A DNA stretch of 63,581 nucleotides, counting the filler, from Octopus bimaculoides (taxonomy: Eukaryota): assembly GCF_001194135.2 (NCBI RefSeq). It is 6 parts of 3 records of this genome, joined end to end, with 100 filler letters (N's around TTAATTAATTAA, not from the genome) between each part and the next. Parts side by side here need not be neighbours in the genome. Positions count along the whole stretch, not along the records: positions 46,021 to 58,327 come from NC_068986.1; positions 58,428 to 62,199 come from NC_068992.1; 4 more parts are not named here. One strand, given 5' to 3'. A program made the translations under genes and the position numbers. Position 1 is the stretch's first letter, and each line of letters starts with the position of its first letter. Below the pieces are notes generated by a model, which saw only the letters and a list, made by a program, of their open reading frames with translations, did no database searches and was not told the DNA's origin. Shown here piece by piece: positions 49,481 through 62,199 of the stretch.

Positions 49481-50231
49481 ACGGAGGAAAAACATAGTTA
49501 AAAAACCTGTACACATTTCATTCACAACCATCTTCATTCACTCCACCTTCCCCATATCTTCCTCTTTCTCTGTCTCCACCTCTCGTTTCTCCTCTCCCCA
49601 TCCTCCCACCCATTTTCTCCACTCCCTCATCCTACTTGCCCCTTTCAACTAATCACATGGAAGCGTTATGAAATAGTCTGAACAAAAATTGCAAGGTATT
49701 TAATCAGATGCCCCAACGATTCTTCTAATCTATATCCTTTAATAAAAAAAATACGTTTTACTGCAGTTTTAGAAGAATACTATATTCAATAATATTAATA
49801 TGCCAATTTATTCTTTTTGTCCGTACGTGGCGACGGTGTCAAACTTATTTCAAGGAAGTGAGTGGCAAAGCGAGAGAGAGGATGAGAGAGAGAAAGAAGG
49901 AGAGTAAGAGAAAAAGAGAGGGAGAAAAAGTGTGAGAGAGAAAGAGTGTGAGAGAGAAAGAGAGAGTGAGAGAGAATGAGAGAGAGTGAAAGAGACAGTG
50001 AGTGGTGACAGCGTTCATTTTGTGTTTTTAAATGTTTATTATATCCTAAGAAAAGTAGGTACATAGATACATACACACATTGTTAAGTTAAAAACGGGAG
50101 AAAGGAGGGAGACAAAGGAATTGAAAGAGAGAGAGAAAGTGAGAGAGACAGTAGATACATAGAACTAAGGAAAAGTTGATACAGAGATACATAGACGCAG
50201 CAAATATTGGATATCAACTTCACTTTTCATT

Positions 50232-50420
50232 ACCAGGCGTGGATAAAATTAACATGCAAGTGACTGAGCACTCCACAGTCATACATATCATTAACGTAGT
50301 TCTCAGGGAGATTTAGCCTCACACAGAATATGAAAAGGCTGGCCCCTTTGAATTTCAGCTACAACTCGTTTTGGCCAGCTGAGTGAACTGGAGCAAGATA
50401 GACCTTCAATTGTTTAGAAC
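50232..50420 (-). mobile_element. SINE family D body
   Basis: Shares caagtg.ctgag.act, gtagttctcagg, cacacagaat and ctttgaatt.cagctaca..tttg.ca.ctgag with 50708-50925. Confidence 0.65.
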
Positions 50421-50707
50421 GAAACAAAAAAAAGATCTTACATAATGGCAGGGAAAAACTTTTAGTCGTTAGGGTCACTATGAGTGTTAATCCAGTCCTA
50501 ACAGCGGCCTTTGTGGATCTCACAGGTCTGGAGGTCAAGCCCCCAGACAAACACTAATGCGTAGGCTGTTATTATCAACTGAGCGTGGGCAAATACACGA
50601 TGGAATAGCAATTATTTCGTCTTAGCTTTCACTGCATATACTAAACTCTTGACATTTTTGCCTTACGATATGGGGCATTTCCATTTCTTGCACACTGTTT
50701 AAAAAAT

Positions 50708-50925
50708 GGCATTCTGTCGCTTACGACAATGAGATTTCTGTTTATCTGATCAACGAACAGTCTGCTCGTAAATTAACGCGCAAGTGGCTGAGTACTCAAC
50801 GGACATGCATACCATAAAGTAGTTCTCAGGAATATTCAGTTTCACACAGAATGTGACAGAGCTTGCCACTTTGAATTACAGCTACATTTTTGCCAACTGA
50901 GCGGACTGCAGCAAGGTGAAGTGGG
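50708..50925 (-). mobile_element. SINE family D body (second copy)
   Basis: Alignable by eye to 50232-50420. Confidence 0.65.
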
Positions 50926-51049
50926 TCGCATTATGCAAGAAGGTGAACGTTTCTTTTGGCTCATGACACTCGATGAACCCTAAGTAAGCCATGTGTAATA
51001 TTTGAATGAAATCGGTTTGGTCGCTCTCGAGTTTTAGTGATGGATTAGG

Positions 51050-51266
51050 TGTGTGTGTTTGTCTGTTTGTTCCCCTACCAACATTTTCTTACAACCGATG
51101 TTGGTGTGTTAGCGTCTCCTAACGTAGCTGTTCGGCAGAAAAGACTGATAGAATAAGCACCAAGATTACAGGGAATAAATGCTGGTGTCGATTTCTTCGA
51201 CTAAAGGGTGGTGCTCCAACATGGCCACCGCCAAATGACTGATACAAGTAAAAGAATAAAAGAATA
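51050..51266 (+). mobile_element. SINE family A 3' half
   Basis: acaaccgatgttggtgtgtt..gttcggcag..gatagaataag..gtcgatttcttcgactaaagg.ggtgctccaacatggcc..atgactga.acaagtaaaagaataaaagaata. Confidence 0.8.
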
Positions 51267-52832
51267 CAAGAAGAACGTTCGGTACCACTAAACCAAGACG
51301 GTTCTTTGAAAATGTACGATATATTTTAAGGTTAGATAATAATAATATTGTTTACGTTTGCATAAGTGAGGTATTTTCGTTGGGTTATATAGTTATCTGT
51401 TTTGCACGTCTTTCTATATTCTGTAACTGTCACAATATAGAAACATTTCTCATGGCCCCAGCATTCAATTTACAGATGTTTACATTCTGAATATTTTCCG
51501 TGAATTTCTTAGAGTGCATGGGGTATTTCATTATTGCTTTAGCTCTCGCCGTTTACTCCATGTCAGCCCAGATTGAACAGAAACATGACTGAAAGTGTTT
51601 CCTTTCCCTTTTTCATCGACGCAATGTACTTTTCATTTTATATATTATCTGCATGCGATTTGAAGGAGATTTTTTTTGTTATTTCAAACAGGTCGAGTGA
51701 CAACGTACTGGCTGCACCATGGTTCATAAGCGACACGCGTTTTACAACTGGCCTGATTAATTAAGATCTTACTGCATTGCAGTCAAACTAAATCCACAAT
51801 AGTTGTATATAATCGTGTATGTGTTTCACATTCATAATACAAGAACGATTTATTGTTTAATGAATCATGTAGCGCAACATTTTATTAAGATATATATGTA
51901 TACAACTTATATATATACATATAAACATTAACTGTTTAAATTGTATTAAATATCATATTTTGATTGCTAAATTCACTCAATTATGAATGAATGTAATTCT
52001 CTGCAACTTGTATATGATATAATTGAATCACATTGATTGATTACTATAATATTGACATTGTTTTACTTAATATTTCCCTGCTTTCTATTGTGTTTAGCAG
52101 TTGTAACTTTCGTTTAGTAAATCACAGCCATCTGTTATAATTTTGGTGTGGAATGATTATGTTTATTGAGAATAATAAATCAGACTTCAATGTTATTTGT
52201 TTGATAAATTTGAAGCAATCGATTGGTTACCTGGTCAAATGTTTAACTACGTGACAGATATTAATAATGATATTAAAAGAAGTGAATTAGGACCAGTGCG
52301 TATGCTTTTATAGATATAAGGACTCTTCCAAGATGCAGCAATATGTGATAATATATTGCTTTCTTTCCCCATGCAATCAATTTTGGGAGAACATATTTGT
52401 TGTTCTTTTTCTTTTTAGCTCCAGGATAGCCCATTGGAAAGATTGTGATCAGAGATATTTTGGGCAATCCAATCACTTTTCTTAATAATTTTGTATCTTC
52501 TTTCATACAATTACCTTTATCCTTTCATACCCATTACATTTGCAGACTTACTTATTTCATAGTATATTGCCAAGTATTAAATAGCCATTTGCTATCCGCC
52601 ACAACTTCTCCAGCTAGTCCGACGACATATGAAATATTGACCTGCATGTGTTTGCCCGATGCTTTGAGAGAGTATGTTATGTACTGTATTGCATAATATT
52701 CTAGATTTTGCACTTCTTGCATAACCGAATTTACGCTGTTACGTCACAAAACGATTTCTTAATGGGATATTGTAGCGAGACCATATAATCCATTCGTCAG
52801 CATTTAAACTGCCTTGCTACATCCTCAACGAT

Positions 52833-52884
<52 letters not shown>

Positions 52885-53196
52885 TGTGTGTGTGTATGCG
52901 TGTGGGGGGCGTGATGTATGGGTTACATGCATGTAGGTATTTGTGCATGTATGTATGCAATTAGTCCTATGTGAACTTTCCTCGCGTAAGATTATAGGTT
53001 ATGATTTACGAAAGATGTAGCCTCTCATTCTCGAACGTTGAACAACGACGTAGATACTCTAACGTTGTTTCAGATGCGTCCACTTTTTAGAAAGCTCGTA
53101 TATAAAATTGTAATTCTAGCTTCCCTGTGTACTTGCGATATTTTTTCAGTAAAGCTAACTGTTAGGTTTACATCCCCTTCAAATATATTGGGCAAA

Positions 53197-53235
<39 letters not shown>

Positions 53236-55107
53236 CACACACACATATGTGTATATNNNNNNNNNNNNNNNNNNNNNNTATATACATATATATATATATA
53301 TATATATACACACACCAAATATATATATAGCATAAACAAAAATTGATCAAATACTGCTTGTAACATCAGATGAACTTGGGATTCAGTAAAACACATTTTT
53401 ATACAGATATAAAAATTATCAACAAATTTAATAAATTTAATAAAAAGGACTAAACGGAATTAATCCCTGAGGTGGAAACTTACAACCAGTTTCAGCAAGC
53501 GAAATGACATTTGGAAACGACAAACTCTAGTCAAAGAATAACCTACAGCAATATAATGTAATTCACGCAATATATGCAATATATAAATTTCCCATAACAT
53601 CAAAGTTGAATAATGATATATACTGCTCAACAAAATTATAATATCGTGCGATAATTTGTAATACTCTAAAGGTCAGCATAAAATTGAGAAGTATCATATA
53701 TTCTTGTACAAACAGAGCCGTGTGCTTAACAAATAAATAAAGCAAGCAACAGGTTCGAGTTCCATTAACATTATGCTGCATATATATGTAAATGTGAAAC
53801 TATATAACTTTATAGGTACTTACTGCGCAGAAACGTCTGTGATGTATGTGTGTATATATGCATATGTATAATAGATAAATTTTTCATAGTCATTGAAATC
53901 ATTGTTGTCATAAATGTTGAAATTTTGGAATATCTATTGCCTTCCTTTGAAAAGTTGGAAAGGGAGGCGTTCTATTATGAATAGCATAAATTATAATGCG
54001 AAAGCTACAAATATTTTAGTACATTTGAAGTGTTTATTTACATACATACATACATACATACATGTATACATACATACATACATGTATACATACATACGTA
54101 CGTACACATGGATACATACATACATACAGGAGATGCAGAGATGTTCAATGTAGCAAACATTTGGTAACGCTCGAAAGAATGGAGTTTATTCTTCCGAATC
54201 GTTACCGAGGACTAAGTTTGTAAGGTAAAGAGTGACTATTAGAGAAATCCAGGTAAGCAGATATGGAGTTAATGATGCAAATAATCAAATAAAACCGCTT
54301 TGGCTATATATATACAAAATATACATTCATATACACATGTAAATAGAAAGTAAACAAAGACTGAACAATTTCAAACGTACGTACGCACGCACCCACAAAC
54401 ACATACATGCACACACACACTTACTCACTCACTCATACATACTCACACACACACAAACACACTCACTCACTCATGCATAAACACACACTCACTCACTCAT
54501 ACAAACTCACTCACACACACACATGGACACATACACATACAAACACACGAACACATACACACACATGTGTATATGATCGTCGGATTCGGTGCTTTGAAGT
54601 TAATCTTGGCTTCACATAGTATCTGCTGAGTTAAAAGTTTCTTAGCTAAGTGCATTTGAGTGGAGTGTAATTACGTTGTCGGGTGAGTACTTATGGATAG
54701 TTGCTTTGAAGAAATGTTTATTGATTAAATTTGGAGTTATATTATTGTTTAGAATTCTTTTATGTATGTAGAAATATGTAAGCAGGTATGGATATTTACA
54801 TGTGTTCCGTTTGGTAAGTAGGTATAGGATTTGTTAGTAGTTCCAGATGCCTTTGGATTTATTGGATGTATTCCTTTCTTTGATCATGTTTTTAGAATAG
54901 GAATTTGCTGACCTTGTGCTTTGTTGTTCACGTGAAGATGGGGAGACATATAAATTTAGTTGGTGTCTATGTCAATATCTCTGTTTCGATGTGAGTATTT
55001 GCGTAACAGTAATTGCAAAAGAGGAAAATAATACATCGACATTCAACAGCCTTCTCTAGGAAAGACATTACAGAAACCTTCCAAAGAGTATTACCTGAAA
55101 ATATTAA

Positions 55108-55171
55108 TACCTGTTTGATCCTACCAGTAGTTATATGCTTGTCTCAAAGTTTAAAAGCCATGCAAGTGTAA
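55108..55171 (+). pseudogene. Decayed fragment of the 5' end of 18S rRNA
   Basis: TACCTGTTTGATCCTACCAGTAGTTATATGCTTGTCTCAAAGTTTAAAAGCCATGCAAGTGTAA vs conserved 18S start TACCTGGTTGATCCTGCCAGTAGTCATATGCTTGTCTCAAAGATTAAGCCATGCATGTCTAA: 39/42 in the first block, 6 substitutions plus a 2-nt insertion overall. Confidence 0.85.
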
Positions 55172-56113
55172 TAAAATCTAGAGTTCTTTCGCGTGTTGTT
55201 CGTAGAAGAATACAATGATGTTTTCTTGAAATGAGCAGTGAAAATGATTATTTTATGATTTTGTTTTCACTTTTTTTTTCTGTTAAAGAAGATATGATCG
55301 GCAGCAACTTCTTCCGCGAATGCAGAGTTGTTACAAAATAACTATTGTTTTTTTTTTTCTTTTCTGAGATATGTGGAAGGGAAGGAGGAATCCCCTAACC
55401 GTAGATGTTGCCCAATTGCAACAGAGTGGACTCTGCTAAAGACCTCCAAAATTGCCCGATGGTGGTGTTAAACTGAATGATGATTTAAGCTTAAGTGTGG
55501 CGAAATTTGAACACAGAAGACAAAAGCCGGTACAAATTTTGCTAAGCAGCATTCCCGACGAACACTCAGCTCTGCCAGTCCGTCATTTTGGATTGCTTAT
55601 GATTCATGGCTTGAATGTGGAAGGTTAACGAGAAAGAAAGAATGGTATCATTTATATAGTATTGGGCTTGGCTGGAACTTTTGAAAAATATTTGAACAAC
55701 GATGACAATCCGGGGGCCCAGAGTTGACAGAATGCGGATCAGAAAATGTTTCATGCGTACACACTGAGGTAACGTACTCTGGTAGAAAGTCACCGACCCA
55801 ACAGTCGAGTAAATGTTGGAACCCATAGGTGAACAACTTTGACTTCAGCTTCGGATTCCAGTCTTGATTCAATGCTTTGCTGATGTCAAAGACATGAAAA
55901 GTTAGTTCTCCATTGGGAATGATATAGAAGATTAGATTTTCAGCAGATGTGATTAAAGAAAGCAGAAGTTGTGATCATTAAAGAGGCTGCGAGAGAGATT
56001 AAAGATGTGGTAACACTTAAAGTTAAAGGTTGTCACTATCATGTTCATGTGAGTGGACGGTAATTCTCGTGTTCAGTGATGTCATTATGTGTTTATGAAA
56101 ACGGAACGAATAC

Positions 56114-56148
<35 letters not shown>

Positions 56149-57225
56149 CAGTTTGGAGTGGTTGGTGAGGTTAAGTAGGGGCTAGGGAAAGGGCTCATTT
56201 TGTGAAAGAAATGAAAGGGACATCACATAGAGTGAGGTTGGCGTTTCCCTTGACATAAAGCGACCGGCGATATTTTCAAACTGATGTATATATGTGCATA
56301 AAAGTGGACATGATGGAGCTCAGGAATTAGTTTTGTACAGTGTGTAGTTGGATGTAAAGTGAACAGTGAATATAGAGTATTTCTCTTCTGATATAAAGTA
56401 CAGCTGAAAATAAGATGTGATGTTTGTTCATAGCTTGAATACTTTTGATCACACATCGATCAGTACTACCTGGGGACAAAACAATAACAAGATCCAAATT
56501 AACAATACCATTAATAGTGAATAGAAACTGACAAATATAAAAATAACAATAGCAGTATAAAAGATACTGAATATATTTCCGCCACCTAGCTTCAAGAGAT
56601 GTCTTCCCCCAATTAATCGAAGTCTGTGTTTATATTATCGCTTCTTGGGAATGCACAGGCTTATAATATAAGCGAATGGCACGGCCTGACCTGATTGGTT
56701 TTATTCAAGAAATCGATCGTAGATATTGATTTATATTTTCTTTCCTTGCATGACAGATAAGCATTCGACCTCTGGCTCATGAAAATAAAAGTATAAAGAG
56801 AAGTAATCACTAGCGCAATGATTACGAATACAGTGATATATATAGTTTTGTTGATAGCAGCTCCTATGTAAACAGTGAAAGCATAAAACAGCTGGAAGCC
56901 GACCTAGTGAGGCCTTCGAGTGTTTGATTAGTTTATCGCTTAGAAGGAGCAACCAAATATCGAGTTAATATTACTACGTATCTCTTCCAGTTTCAAACAT
57001 TAGATGTGTAGACACCATACATATTACTACAATATATATATATATATATATACGCATTATTATTATTTGTAGTATTATATATACACGCACACACACGCAA
57101 ATATATGTATAACACATATACATGCATAAAAATGTCCATAGATTTATATATATATGTACGCATGTTTGCATGTATGCATGTATGTGTATGTGCGTATCTA
57201 CCTATCTAGCTGTCTATCTAAATAT

Positions 57226-58160
57226 CTTCTTCTTAATCCTTTTTGCCCCTTGTGGAGCATAAGGCCTCAACAGTTATTTTCCCTTTTTTGCGGTCATTGA
57301 TGTATTTCTTGGCTGCTTCCCATGTCAGACCGGCGGTCCTGAGCTCGTCCAAAATTCTCCGCTTCCATGTCTGCTTCGGGCGTCCTCGCTTCCTTTTCCC
57401 CTGCAGATTCCAGTCAAGTGCTTGTCGTGTCACATTTGAGGGTTCTTTCCGCAGTGTCCGTCTGATCCATCTCCATTTACTTCGTCTAATCTGAACATGT
57501 ATGGGCTCCTGGTTGGCCCTTTCCCACAGGTCGGTGTTTGGCACACTGTCGAACCACTTCAGATGGAGGATCTGTCGGAGACATTTGTTCATGAAGGTCT
57601 GGATCTTCTTGTAGTTGCTGCAGGTGGCTCTCTACGTTTCAGAGCCATATAAAAGCACAGATTTTACGTTTGAACGAAGTAAGCGGAGTTTAGTTCGAGT
57701 TGAGATGGCAGTGGACTTCCATACCGGCCGAAGAATAGCGAAGGCTTGCCAAGCCTTCTTGCTTCTTGCAGTGATGTCCTCGTCTGATCCACCTGGTTTG
57801 CTGATCTTGCTTCCAAGATAGACAAACTCACTAACGTCCTCCACAGGTGCCCCCTCGATTGTGATTGGCTCTTCCTGCTTGTTGTTGATACGCAGCACTT
57901 TTGTCTTTTCCTGGCTTATCCTCAAGCCCACTCTCCGTGAAGTTTCTCTGAGATGGTCTAGCTTATCTTGCATGTCTTGAAGACGATGTGACAGTAGCGC
58001 AAGATCATCTGCGTAGTTCAAGTCCACCAGCTTGTTCATTAGTGTCCACTGAATACCTTTCTCAGAGGTAACGTAGGCCGTCCTGGTGACCCAGCCCAGC
58101 ACGACGAGGAACAGGAGCGGTGACAACAAACAGACCTGTGTGACTCGCGTGCTGAACTTG
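57226..58160 (-). mobile_element. 5'-truncated, well-preserved RTE-clade LINE (RT C-terminal half to stop, (GAA)n tail)
   Basis: One reading frame from QVCLLSPLLFL through GIQWT..DLNYADDLALLSH, EFVYLGS, SVLLYGSET*(TAG at 57632-57634)RAT..IQTFMNKCLRQIL..LWERANQEP..KWRWI..LRK..VTRQALDWNLQGKRKRGRPKQTW..ALCSTRGKKD*. ORFs 57632-58198 and 57233-57592 are in the same frame. Confidence 0.92.
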
Positions 58161-58266
58161 TATATATATATATGTACATATTTAGATAGAATATCCACAA
58201 TGGAGAAATCTATCTAAATATATGCATATATTTATATATGTATATATATAATATATAAACAGTTAT

Positions 58267-58327
<61 letters not shown>

Positions 58328-58427
58328 NNNNNNNNNNNNNNNNNNNNNNNNNNNNNNNNNNNNNNNNNNNNTTAATTAATTAANNNNNNNNNNNNNNNNN
58401 NNNNNNNNNNNNNNNNNNNNNNNNNNN
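58328..58427. other. Artificial scaffold spacer N44-TTAATTAATTAA-N44
   Basis: 12-mer at 58372-58383. Confidence 0.95.
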
Positions 58428-58904
58428 TATATATATATATATATGGGAAGAACAACCATAAAAAATATAAAACCTCAATGTGGGTTCAATAAAAAAGTGA
58501 ATACATTTTGATGTGCAAGAAAAGGACATCGCCTGATAAAATATTTCACGATATGTCGACCGCTTCTTAGTGAAGAAGCCCCGGATTCTGTCATCAATCA
58601 ATGAGCATGGACTACCCACTTATAAAGCAATTGTAAATAATGTTAATAGTGTACTGATTAACCAAATTTGCGTATTTGTGATTTTGATGGTCCAAAATTA
58701 ATTTTTAAAATCATTTTGCACAATATAGTATAAATCAGAACTGAAAACAAGTTAAATAACAATAAAAAAGTAATATATATGCTCTTTGTATATATCGATG
58801 AGCGGAGCAATGAAAGCAGACCTGCTAGAGCGTTTAAGGGTTCGTCGACTGCCGTTCATTAATTATATCTACATATATGTATATATACATGAATATACAT
58901 ACAT

Positions 58905-58970
58905 GCATACATACATACATACATACATACATACATACATACATACATACATACATACATACATACATAC
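58905..58970. repeat. (TACA)n microsatellite
   Basis: Direct reading. Confidence 0.9.
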
Positions 58971-60055
58971 ATGCATACATACACACTCACACATATATTC
59001 AGATAAGAAAAGAGATAGAGCAACAATTAACAATTAGAAGTTGATCATTGGTATTAAAAGGTCATGGTTTAATTGTAGTTGAAAAAAATTGCAGCTGTTT
59101 CTGTTTGTTATATTTGGAGTAAATTTGCATTTTTCTCGTTCCATTTAACAAATATCGTCAGAATGCTTTAGAGTTTATCGGAGGAATATAGACAGGAGAA
59201 AAAGGAAAAGGAAAAGAAGAAAGAAAAAGTCTTTAGGCGTACATTTTTGTACTCTTTAAGATTGCACGTGTGTGTACATTTCGTCAATTAGATGACTTTA
59301 TAATATATATATATATATATATGTATAATATATATGCATGTGAATATATACATGCATGATACGTACATATATAAATGTGTATATCTTTATATATATATAT
59401 ACACATTTCTGTGTGTATGTATGTGTGTGCATGTGTGTGTGCTTGTATAAAACTAAGAAATCGTCAGTGGTTGGAGAAATTTTTAAGTGGTAGCTCTCAT
59501 TTCAATTCTACTGTTTAGACATTACGTAATATAACATTGTATATCGTTTGGAAGCTTTCTAGTGCAACTTCAAAATGAGATAGATTCGTAATATTTCATA
59601 TAACAGATAGAAATGAAATCTGAAAATTCCAATCATCATAGTGTGATTTCTCGCGAGGTTTCATTATTAATATCTATTACAGCAAATTGATTTATTCACG
59701 CCTTTTGATAATAAGCAGTTACCTAACACTAGCTAGTTATGGGAGATTTATTACGGTAGTCGGAAAATCCAGACATACACACCGAAGTACATATATGTAC
59801 ATTCTTGTCATATACTTGTATAAAACATGACGCAAGTATGGTTGCCGGTGTGTATGGATATATATAATGTTTGTGTATATGTTCTGTTTAATTCAAATAT
59901 ATAAATGTACTCATACGCGCAAATATATAGATATGCATTCATTTGTTTTATGTATATATGTATGCATATATGTGTGTATACACACGCACACACTCATATA
60001 TGCAATACATACATACATATATATGATTTCATACACTCAGAGACACAGACACACA

Positions 60056-60102
<47 letters not shown>

Positions 60103-60339
60103 CCATATGAAATTCAATAATAGTTTGACTCAACTCCATACAGCTTAGTTTTGTAGAGTCGTTGAAGGAGCAGCTCCTTAAGCACCTGGAGGTCAAGTAA
60201 GAGGAAATAAGAGAGAAAAAAACAACTCAAGAGGGATTCAAATGTTAGGCCTATTATGCTATGTGTTATTGGTTTGGAAGCGACATCAGATCTTTTCTTT
60301 GTTCTCCGGTCCACGTGACTGGGCAAGATTCTAGTCATC

Positions 60340-60984
60340 ATCTTTCTCTGTTAACTTTGGTATTGCTTATTTGCCGTTACACATGGTATTTGATGATTTG
60401 CTGCCATCCCTATCGTTACTCTTGATAATTTTAAATTTCCTCCTGGCTCCTTTGTATACTCTGATCCTTTCTCTATGGTTGTATCCTGAGAACTGCATGT
60501 GATGAACGAAGTGTTGTATGAGTCTCTTCAACTCTGTAGGGTCGCACATGCGAGACACATTTCTCATTACTCTGATGAGTTTTGCCATCAATATATTGAA
60601 TTTGGCATTGCCTGCGACAGCTGAGTTCCAGTGGATCAGGTATTTGGTGGACATAGGTTTAGCATAGTGTGAATGAAGGATTTGGGTTTTATTATTCAAA
60701 GTTTCCAGCCAGCGTTCTGTATCTAGGACTGGTAGTCTATAGTTAGCGTGTTTCGTAGGGTAGTCTACCGTGATCTTAATACTCTGGTGGTTGTAATTAG
60801 CTATTTGCTGGATACTCTCCATAGTATTAGTTTCTATTTGAACTTCAAGGGTACTCTCTTGCGGGGGTGCTTTACCACTATATTGATATCATCGACATAG
60901 CGAGAGTATATGTTCATGAGTATGGATTTCTGTGCCAGGCGTTCTCTAATCTCCTCTCCCACCATACCATGAAAAGTTAGCCAT
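60340..60984 (-). mobile_element. Penelope-like element fragment: RT C-terminus and thumb
   Basis: YSRYVDDINIV, KITVDYP..RLPVLDT, HYAKPMSTKYLIH, R.MRNVS, MQFSGY..ER (ORF 60367-60822). No GIY-YIG domain recognised. Confidence 0.8.
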
Positions 60985-60989
60985 ATAAT

Positions 60990-61985
60990 GATGTGGACAA
61001 TTGTTCTTGGACTTCATAAACGCACCGCCAGAAATTTCAAAGCCTGAAACAACGATATCCCGACGCTGTATGGAGTCTGCAAGGACCACAAAATAACTAC
61101 CAATCCAGTGGCGGGACCACCAACAAGTCCAGTCTGCGGAGCGAATATCACCAGTAACTATAGGATGTCCTACTTCCGCTCAATGATCATACGTTCCATA
61201 ATCCAGATGTCACCAGATGTTTGTAACAGCACAGAAGATCTCCTCAGCAGGATCACCGACTGTAACAACACCTGAGACCTGACTGGATGTATAGTGGGCA
61301 CATAGATATGGTATCCCTATACCCATTCATCGACGTGGATTTTGCGGTGGAGATTATCAGAGAGAGCGACTTGGTGTTTCGCAGTGTCAACACAGAGAAT
61401 CTTAGACTGACATCTCCTCCATAGACTGGCATCTGACAATGAACACCTAGACAAATATGAACTTAGAAGTGTCTGCCCCAGGAGAACCCCTACACTTACA
61501 TCTATGGCTGGGAAGATCCCTTTAGAGAGATGGAGCGGATGGACCAAAGCCATACGGACCCCCGAAAACCAATATCAAGTAAAGAAAATGATCGTACATG
61601 CACTAGGAGCTAGTATACGGTTTACTCTAAAAGACCACACGTTTACATTTAACAACAAAATATACGCCCAGCATTATGGGGCGGCCATCGGGGTCAGCAT
61701 CGCCGGTGATGTGGCTAACATTTTCATGGTGGGACAGGAGACTTAAAGAACTCCTGACATAGAACTCCATACTCATGAACATGTACTCTCGCTATGTCGA
61801 TGATATCAACATAGTGGTAAAGGAACCCCTACAAGAGAGTACCCTTGAAATACAAATAGAAACTGATACTATGGAGAGCATCCTGCAAATAGCTAAGTCC
61901 ATCCATCAGAGTATTAAAATCACAATAGACTACCCTACGAAACACGCTAATGGTAGACTACAAGTACAAGATACAGAACACTGGC
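60990..61985 (+). mobile_element. Penelope-like element fragment: RT core, decayed
   Basis: IPTLYGVCKDHK..PPTSPVCGA (LYGxxKxHK..RPxx motif), STEDLL, DMVSLYP.ID, FTFNNKIYAQHYGAAIGVSIAGDVANIFM, YSRYVDDINIV. Confidence 0.8.
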
Positions 61986-62096
61986 GTGTGTTTTCCTTGG
62001 CTACGCTGGCAACAAGAAAACATCCCCAAATACAACAGTATCTGTTTCAACACAGGAAATCATAGCAAGAATCTTGCAAAACGAATATATGAACGT

Positions 62097-62097
62097 A

Positions 62098-62180
<83 letters not shown>
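62097..62180. repeat. (ATCT)n microsatellite
   Basis: Direct reading. Confidence 0.9.
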
Positions 62181-62199
62181 ATATATATATATATATATA

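Noticed and set aside
55560-55920. Coding-like composition with overlapping 74-86 aa ORFs
   Set aside because: No recognisable motif in any frame, and several stops in the best frame.
60568-60600. CTGATGAG within the Penelope-like fragment (PLEs often carry hammerheads)
   Set aside because: It lies antisense within coding sequence and lacks stem II and GAAA.
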